Of a stretch of DNA of 64,000 nucleotides, positions 58,186-64,000 are shown in pieces. The notes under the pieces were generated by a model, which searched no databases, was not told where the DNA came from, and was given only the letters and a program-made list of their open reading frames with translations. The DNA is from a bacterium (GTDB taxonomy: Bacteria > Krumholzibacteriota > Krumholzibacteriia > LZORAL124-64-63), in assembly GCA_016706845.1 (NCBI GenBank), contig JADJIV010000004.1:47727-111726 (forward strand), given 5' to 3'. Numbering within the stretch: position 1 is the first letter of the stretch; each line of letters opens with the position of its first letter. The translations under genes were made by a program, and so were the position numbers.

Positions 58186-59634
58186 ATGAGCGGATTGAGC
58201 GACCGGCAGGTCGACGAGATCGCCCAACGCCTGGCGGCGCGGCTGCGCGGCGGCGGGGCGGCGATGGCCGCGACGGCGCACGAGCCGGCGGCAGCCAGGG
58301 AGTCGCTGGGCGACGGCGTGTTCCCCGACGTGGACCACGCCGTGGAAGCGGCGACGACGGCCTTCCGCCGCCTCGGCGAGGCGTCGCTGTCGCTGCGCGA
58401 GTCGCTGGTCGCGGCGATCCGCGCCGCCATGCTGCGCGAGGGCGAGGCCCTCGCCCGCCACGCCTGGGAGGAGACCGGCCTCGGCCGCTTCGAGGACAAG
58501 GTCGTCAAGAACCGGCTCGTGACGCTCAAGACGCCCGGGCCGGAGGCGCTGCAGCCCCGCACCTGGACCGGCGACCGCGGCCTGACGCTGACCGAGTGGG
58601 CGCCCTTCGGCGTCATCGGCGCCATCACCCCGACTACCAACCCCACCTCGACGATCATCTGCAACACCATCGGCATGGTGGCCGCCGGCAACAGCGTCGT
58701 GTTCAACGTGCACCCGAGCGCGCGCTCCTGCTCGATGCGGGCGATCCGCCTGATCAACCGCGCCGTGGTCGGCGCCGGCGGACCGCCCGACCTGGTGACC
58801 GCGGTGGCCGTGCCCACGGTGGCCTCGGCCCAGGAGCTGATGCAGCACCCCGGGGTGCGCCTGCTGGTGGTGACCGGCGGCACGGCGGTCGTCAAGGCCG
58901 CCATGCGCAGCGGCAAGCGCGCCATCTGCGCCGGGCCGGGCAACCCGCCGGTGGTCGTGGACCGCACCGCCGACATCGCCAAGGCCGGCGGCGACATCGT
59001 GCGCGGCGCCTCCTTCGACAACAACGTGATCTGCGTGGACGAGAAGGAAGTCTTCGTCGAGGCCGCGGTGGCCGACGCCCTGGTCGCCTCCATGGTGCGC
59101 CACGGCGCGCACCGCGCCAGCGCCTCGGACCTCGCCCGCCTCGAGCGCACGGTCTTCAGCGAGACCCGCGGCCCCGGCAAGCCGGGCGTGATGGAGAAGA
59201 CGCTGATCGGCAAGAACGCCGGCGAGATCCTCGCCCGCGCCGGCATCGCCTGCTCCGGCGACCCGCGGCTGGTCGTCTGCGAGGTGCCCGAGGACCACCC
59301 GCTGGTCTGGACCGAGCAGATGATGCCGGTGCTGCCGGTGGTGCGCGTCGCCGACGTCGAGCACGGCATCGAGCTGGCGCGCCGCGCCGAGCACGGCTTC
59401 GGCCACTCGGCGGCGATGCACAGCCGCGACATCGACGCGCTGAGCCGCATGGCCCGCGTCATCAACACCAGCATCTTCGTCAAGAACGCGCCGATCTACG
59501 CCGGCCTGGGCGAGGGCGGCGAGGGCTTCACGAGCTTCACCATCGCCAGCCCGACCGGCGAGGGCCTGACCGGGCCGCTCACCTTCAGCCGCCAGCGGCG
59601 CTGCTCGCTGGTGGACCACTTCAGGATCGTCTGA
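58186..59634 (+). CDS. CoA-acylating aldehyde dehydrogenase (EutE/PduP-like) with N-terminal encapsulation peptide
   Basis: LSDRQVDEIAQRLAARL; PFGVIGAITPTTNP, VTGG, AGPGNPP, FDNNVICVDEKE, EQMMP, TIASPTGEG. Confidence 0.93.
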   Translation: MSGLSDRQVDEIAQRLAARLRGGGAAMAATAHEPAAARESLGDGVFPDVDHAVEAATTAFRRLGEASLSLRESLVAAIRAAMLREGEALARHAWEETGLGRFEDKVVKNRLVTLKTPGPEALQPRTWTGDRGLTLTEWAPFGVIGAITPTTNPTSTIICNTIGMVAAGNSVVFNVHPSARSCSMRAIRLINRAVVGAGGPPDLVTAVAVPTVASAQELMQHPGVRLLVVTGGTAVVKAAMRSGKRAICAGPGNPPVVVDRTADIAKAGGDIVRGASFDNNVICVDEKEVFVEAAVADALVASMVRHGAHRASASDLARLERTVFSETRGPGKPGVMEKTLIGKNAGEILARAGIACSGDPRLVVCEVPEDHPLVWTEQMMPVLPVVRVADVEHGIELARRAEHGFGHSAAMHSRDIDALSRMARVINTSIFVKNAPIYAGLGEGGEGFTSFTIASPTGEGLTGPLTFSRQRRCSLVDHFRIV

Positions 59635-60242
59635 TGCACACCGACGCCCTCGCCCTGCTCGAATACGACAGCCTGGCGCTGGGCATCGCCGCGGTGGACC
59701 GCATGCTCAAGGCCTCCCCCATCGCGCTGCTGAAGTGCGGCTCGGTGCATCCGGGGCGTTGGCTGGCGCTGATCGGGGGCACGGTGGCGAGCGTCGAGGC
59801 GGCGTATGCCGCGGGCGTCGAGGAGACCGACGATGCGGTGCTGCTGCGCGACCCCCATCCCGAGCTGCGGGCGGCGCTGGCGGGGCGGCCTGCCGGGCTG
59901 CGGCCGGACTTTGCGCTGGGCGTGCTGGAGACTGGGTCCGCGGCGACGCTGCTGAAGGCGGTCGACGCGGCGCTGAAGGCGGCGCCGGTCGGGTTGGCGG
60001 AGCTGCGACTGTGCGACGATCTGGGGGGGCGCGGGCTGGCGTTGCTGCATGGGGAGTTGGCCGACGTGCAGGCGGCGCTGGCGGCGGGGTGCGAGATGGC
60101 CGCGCCGGCGGGGCGGTTGAGCGGGCGCACGCTCACGCCGCGATTGGATGCCCACTTCTGCGGGGTGCTGAACGCCGGGACCTCGTTCCGCGATTGCGTT
60201 GTCGCCGAGCCGGCCGGGGCGGAAATTCCGGAGGGGCGCTGA
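59634..60242 (+). CDS. BMC-T tandem shell protein (PduT-like)
   Basis: ALALLEYDSLALGIAAVDRMLKAS..GSVHPGRWLALIGG and LGVLETGSAATLLKAVDAALKAA..DLGGRG; ATG overlaps the AldDH stop. Confidence 0.88.
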   Translation: MHTDALALLEYDSLALGIAAVDRMLKASPIALLKCGSVHPGRWLALIGGTVASVEAAYAAGVEETDDAVLLRDPHPELRAALAGRPAGLRPDFALGVLETGSAATLLKAVDAALKAAPVGLAELRLCDDLGGRGLALLHGELADVQAALAAGCEMAAPAGRLSGRTLTPRLDAHFCGVLNAGTSFRDCVVAEPAGAEIPEGR

Positions 60243-60538
60243 TGTTCCTGGGCAGGGTGATCGGCACGCTGGTGGCCACCACGGCTTGCGAGGGGATGGC
60301 GGGGGTGCCGCTGCTGTGGGTGCAGCCGCTGGGGTCGGACGGGGAGCCGAAGGGCCAGCCCTTCGTGTGTGCGGACGGGACGCGTATGGCGGGGCCCGGG
60401 GAGACGATCTACTGGGAGGCGAGCCGGGAGGCGGCGCTGACGCTGGAGCCGAGTTTCGTGCCGGTGGATCATGCGGTGGTGGGGATCGTGGATGATCGGC
60501 AGATCGATGCGGTGCCGACTCGCACTGGAGGCCGGTGA
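60242..60538 (+). CDS. BMC-P pentamer (EutN/CcmL family)
   Basis: MFLGRVIGTLVAT, AGPGE, PVDHAVVGIVD. Confidence 0.88.
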   Translation: MFLGRVIGTLVATTACEGMAGVPLLWVQPLGSDGEPKGQPFVCADGTRMAGPGETIYWEASREAALTLEPSFVPVDHAVVGIVDDRQIDAVPTRTGGR

Positions 60539-60804
60539 TGATCCTGGGGCGCGTGGCAGGGCGCATCGTCTCGACGATCCATCACCCTTCGATGGCTGGG
60601 CGCAGTTTATTGATCGTCGACAAGGTTGGGGCTGATGGGGAGTTGGTCGGCGGCTACGTCATCGCGGTGGACGCGATCGGGGCGGGGTGGGGGGAGACGG
60701 TGTTGGTATTGGATGAGGGGAATGGGGCGCGGCAGATCCTGGAGGCGCCGGGGGTGCCGGTGCGGTCGGTGGTGGTGGGGATCGTCGACAATCCCGTCAC
60801 CTGA
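60535..60804 (+). CDS. BMC-P pentamer (EutN/CcmL family)
   Basis: ILGRVAGRIVST, IAVDAIGAGWGETVLV, GNGAR, PVRSVVVGIVD. Confidence 0.9.
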   Translation: MMILGRVAGRIVSTIHHPSMAGRSLLIVDKVGADGELVGGYVIAVDAIGAGWGETVLVLDEGNGARQILEAPGVPVRSVVVGIVDNPVT

Positions 60805-60898
60805 ACCGCATGTTGGCCCAAGAGGCCGCCTCTGAATCGATTGCGCGCCGGTTCGGCGATGCGTTATGATGAGCTCCGGCTCGACACGAAGGGCGCAC

Positions 60899-61189
60899 AT
60901 GACCACGCTGGATTTCCTGCAAGCGAAGCGCGGGGATCTCCTGGAAGTCGCCAGACGGCACGGGGTGACTTCCGTGCGCATCTTCGGCTCGGTCGCGCGT
61001 GGCGAGGATTCGCCGGAAAGCGACGTCGACTTCCTGATCACCACAGGACCCGAAGTCAGTTCTTGGTTCCCCGCCGGGCTCATCCTGGACCTCGAGCAAC
61101 TCCTGGGGCGGCACATCGATGTCGTCACGGAATCGGGTCTGAGTCCCCTGCTCCGCGACCAAGTCATGGCCGAGGCCATTGCGCTATGA
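60899..61189 (+). CDS. Minimal nucleotidyltransferase (MntA-type) antitoxin
   Basis: VRIFGSVARGEDSPESDVDFL (GS-X10-DXD), LEQLLGRHIDVV. Confidence 0.9.
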   Translation: MTTLDFLQAKRGDLLEVARRHGVTSVRIFGSVARGEDSPESDVDFLITTGPEVSSWFPAGLILDLEQLLGRHIDVVTESGLSPLLRDQVMAEAIAL

Positions 61190-61521
61190 AGAGCGACCGT
61201 GTCTATCTGCACCATATCCTCGACATGGTCAAGCGGGTCGAAAGTGCGGCCCGGGAAGGCAAGAGCGTTTTTCTGGCATCCCAGCTTCATCAAGACGCAG
61301 TCCTCCGCAACCTCCATACGATGACCGAAACCACCCAGCGCCTTTCCGATGATCTCAAGTCCGAACATCCGGAAGTCGACTGGGCGAAGCTCGCGGCATT
61401 TCGCAATGTACTCGTCCACGACTATTTGGGTATCGATCTGGAATTGGTATGGACTGTGGTGATGCGTGATGTCCCGGCGTTCAAGGCCGAGGTGACCCGA
61501 ATCATTGGCTCGATCGAATAG
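61186..61521 (+). CDS. HEPN/DUF86 ribonuclease toxin (HepT-type)
   Basis: QDAVLRNL, PEVDW, FRNVLVHDYLGID (R-X4-H followed by Tyr); ATGA overlap with the MNT gene. Confidence 0.9.
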   Translation: MKSDRVYLHHILDMVKRVESAAREGKSVFLASQLHQDAVLRNLHTMTETTQRLSDDLKSEHPEVDWAKLAAFRNVLVHDYLGIDLELVWTVVMRDVPAFKAEVTRIIGSIE

Positions 61522-61564
61522 AGTCCGGGGCCTCAGCGGCATCCCATCCCGGTCGACAAAGTGA

Positions 61565-62845
61565 TCAAGCCTGCGCCCTCTCCAACAACCGATCCAAATA
61601 CCGAGACTTCAACTGCTCCCCCGCCAACGCCCTCTTCACCGGCGGCAACTTCAAAATCGCCCCGAACACCGCCGCCATCGCCCGGTGACTCCACATCGCC
61701 CTCTCATCCCAGATCAGATCCTGCAGCTTCCCCCGCTCCACAGCCATCGCCACATACCGGTGCGCCGAAGTGACCGGCGTGATCACCCGCGCCCCCCGCT
61801 GCTTCAGCCTGATCCCGTCCCTCGAGCAGTTGCGCACGCACACCCCGCAACCGAGACAACGCTCCGCATCGAGCACCGCCTTCGACCGCCGAGGCGCCGC
61901 CTCGTCGCCCGCCGACGCCAGGTTCAACGCCTCGACGGGGCAGGCCGCCACGCACTTGCCGCAGCCGTTGCAGTTGGCGTCGTCGATCTCGGGCAGCCAG
62001 TTGGTGGTGTGCACGGGGTGCAGGAAGGCGAAGCGCCGGGCGGCGATCATGGCCTCGCAGCAGCAACCGCAGCAGTTGCAGATGAACGCGACCTGGCGCT
62101 GCACGTTCTCCCCGAACTGCACCAGGTTCGCCTCGTGGGCCTGGTCCAGCAGTTCCAGGCCCTCGACGCGGTCGACGCGGCGGGCGTGCCCGTGGCGGAT
62201 CAGCGAGTCGGCGGTCGGGCCGAAGGTCATGCAGATGTCCAGCGGGGCGTCGCAGGCGCGGCCCAGGTGCTGCATCTTGTGGCGGCAGTAGCAGAGGCCC
62301 ACGCCCATGTGCTTGGCGCCGCGGACCACCTCGCTGGCCCGCTCGTGGTCCAGGACGTGCAGCGCGTCCTCGGAGGTGAGCACCGGCTCGTGCACGAAGA
62401 CCCGGCCGAGTTGCGTCTCCCCTTGCGTGAAGAGGGCCTTGATGAAGTCCTCCTCCACGTTCAGGTACTGGTAGTACAGCTCGCTGAGCAGCTTCTGGTC
62501 GAGGTCGTCGCGCACGCGCATCAGGGAGAACTCGAAGAAGCCGGCCATCGGCGGCGGCAGGGCGTAGCGCACGCCGCGCTTGCCGGGCATGTCCACGAGC
62601 ATGGCCCGCGACGCCAGCTCGTCCAGGACGGCGCGCGCCTCGGCGGGATCCATCCGCCAGATGCGGGCCGCCTTCTCCGCCGTGAAGGGCTTGATCGGCA
62701 GGCCGGCGATCAGCTCCGCCTCGCGCTCGGAGACCAGTTCGTGCAGGATGCGCTCCAGCAGCACGGACGGCGGCGCGCCCTGGGGGAAGCGGTTGAGGCG
62801 CTCGACCATGCGGTCGTAGCCGGACTTCAGGGTGTGGTGGGCCAA
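61565..62845 (-). CDS. 4Fe-4S dicluster protein with extra Cys clusters
   Basis: TTG start with GGAGG RBS; CYCRH, ICNCCGCCC, CNGCGKCVAACP, CLGCGVCVRNC. Confidence 0.88.
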   Translation of the reverse strand: MAHHTLKSGYDRMVERLNRFPQGAPPSVLLERILHELVSEREAELIAGLPIKPFTAEKAARIWRMDPAEARAVLDELASRAMLVDMPGKRGVRYALPPPMAGFFEFSLMRVRDDLDQKLLSELYYQYLNVEEDFIKALFTQGETQLGRVFVHEPVLTSEDALHVLDHERASEVVRGAKHMGVGLCYCRHKMQHLGRACDAPLDICMTFGPTADSLIRHGHARRVDRVEGLELLDQAHEANLVQFGENVQRQVAFICNCCGCCCEAMIAARRFAFLHPVHTTNWLPEIDDANCNGCGKCVAACPVEALNLASAGDEAAPRRSKAVLDAERCLGCGVCVRNCSRDGIRLKQRGARVITPVTSAHRYVAMAVERGKLQDLIWDERAMWSHRAMAAVFGAILKLPPVKRALAGEQLKSRYLDRLLERAQA

Positions 62846-62875
62846 CGGGCCTCCATCTGTTCGTCGCCGGCGTCG

Positions 62876-63288
62876 TCAACCGAGCGAAATGTCGGGCGGG
62901 AACACGGTCAGGATGAACAGGATGCCGCACAAACTGCACCAGTGAACACCGTGAAGACGGTCTTGCTGAACGAGTAGTCGAGCGCTTCCACACTCGCGAT
63001 CCGCCCGTACGGGAGCGCGACCTCGGTCCCTACGCGGTCCGCGCCCTTCCGCACGACGATGCGCAGCGAGTCGGCTTCGGCGGCCCGCACGGTCCCGTGC
63101 AGCTGCCCGCCGTCGATCAGCGCCAGCTTCACCCGCTGGCCCGCCGGCAGCTCCTCGCGGATCCGCTCGCCCCAGGTGCGGGCGTCGTGCACGAGCAAGT
63201 ACCCCTTGGACGTGCTGCACCCGTTCACGACGAGCAGGAGGCACAGCGCGGCGAGGATCCGCTTGCCGTGGTCGACGAAGCCGCCCAT
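62876..63288 (-). CDS. Small lipoprotein; probable missing base near 62930
   Basis: GGAGG RBS before ATG 63288; lipobox VVNGC; the shifted frame gives a hydrophobic tail GILFILTVFPPDISLG-stop. Confidence 0.55.
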
Positions 63289-63407
63289 GCACACCTCCCG
63301 TCACCCCATCGCACGGTCGCACCGTCACCGCATTGTACGGCGGCCCGACGGCCGCCGATACCTCGGCTTGGGCCGCCCGGACCCGACCGGAACCGAATAG
63401 GGATTTC

Positions 63408-63436
63408 TTTACTCCGATATGGCCGCGTGGTAGAAT
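63408..63436 (+). promoter_or_regulatory. Sigma70-type promoter candidate
   Basis: TTTACT-N17-TAGAAT with a TG-n extended -10. Confidence 0.6.
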
Positions 63437-63491
63437 CATCGGCGATGCCGCACTGGCCCAGGTCGTTCGCCCTCAGCCCGGAGGCCCCGCC

Positions 63492-63923
63492 GTGACCACG
63501 AGCCCGAAGCGCAATACGTTGCCGCACAAGCTGTTGATCCTGATCTGCCTGTTGCTGGCGTCCACCGTCGCGTGGGCGGCGGACGCGGACCTCGACGGCG
63601 TCGACGATGCCGTCGACAACTGCCCCGGCGTCTACAACCCGACCCAGGCAGATGACGACATGGACCAGATCGGCGACCTGTGCGACCCGGACGCCGACCC
63701 GGATGCCGATGGCCTGCCCAACTACATGGACAACTGCCCGAACCTGTCCAACCCCAGCCAGGCCGATGACGACGCCGACGGCGCCGGCAACACCTGCGAC
63801 AACTGCCCGAACATTCCGAACGTGGACCAGGCCGACCTCGACCACAACGGCGTCGGCGACGCGTGCGAGACCGTGTCCGGAGACGACTCGGGCTGGGGCA
63901 TGCTCAAGAGCTGGTACCGGTAG
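63492..63923 (+). CDS. Secreted thrombospondin type-3 repeat protein with short C-terminal tag
   Basis: Signal peptide ..LLILICLLLASTVAWA; three DNCP..N..QADxD.D..GxxC repeats; ends VSGDDSGWGMLKSWYR-stop. Confidence 0.85.
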   Translation: MTTSPKRNTLPHKLLILICLLLASTVAWAADADLDGVDDAVDNCPGVYNPTQADDDMDQIGDLCDPDADPDADGLPNYMDNCPNLSNPSQADDDADGAGNTCDNCPNIPNVDQADLDHNGVGDACETVSGDDSGWGMLKSWYR

Positions 63924-64000
63924 GCCGACACGGGCCTGCGGCCGGCGGCGGCGCGGCTCGCCTGAGCTGCGCCCCCCCCCCCAGCTACCTGAGCAGGACG

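Noticed and set aside
60805-61564. Mobile element around the TA pair
   Set aside because: No transposase, integrase, terminal inverted repeats, tRNA target or direct repeats were visible.

Overview
A very GC-rich (about 70% by eye) bacterial window from a diderm organism, as shown by LPS heptose epimerase, TonB systems, outer-membrane barrels and lipoproteins. The many secreted proteins with PNPFNP/FlgD-like C-terminal domains suggest an FCB-adjacent candidate phylum such as Krumholzibacteriota or Latescibacterota (inference only). In order, the window holds: LPS/glycan genes; two tandem secreted OB-fold paralogues; a stand-alone rpsD with a long leader; and a Crp/Fnr regulator. Next is a 15-kb minus-strand operon behind a sigma54-type motif, encoding a 2,260-aa repeat surface protein with a T9SS/FlgD-like CTD, a PorV-like barrel fused to an FlgD-like domain, a 1,016-aa TPR protein, ExbB, two ExbD, TonB and an FlgD/OmpA-like protein. 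It is followed by a methyltransferase, a HesB-like selenoprotein missed by the ORF track (in-frame UGA plus SECIS-like hairpin), gpmI and a TPP-riboswitch thiamine-salvage operon. Then come arcA, namZ with a murU-amgK fusion, ptrB, a 7TM-DISM diguanylate cyclase, an Ogt-AlkA fusion, ygiQ and uup. The window ends with a sugar-phosphate-type microcompartment locus (RpiB-DeoC fusion, AldDH, 1 BMC-H, 2 BMC-T, 3 BMC-P), an MNT-HEPN toxin-antitoxin pair and a 4Fe-4S protein. The strongest novelty candidates are the PorV/TonB-ExbBD export or adhesin operon and a short C-terminal tag, [ST]-[WF]-G-x-[LV]-K-x-L-Y-R-COOH, shared by four secreted proteins of three unrelated families. About 17 single-base indels, many in homopolymers, break otherwise intact genes and look like long-read consensus errors. 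No tRNA, rRNA, CRISPR array or transposase was seen.
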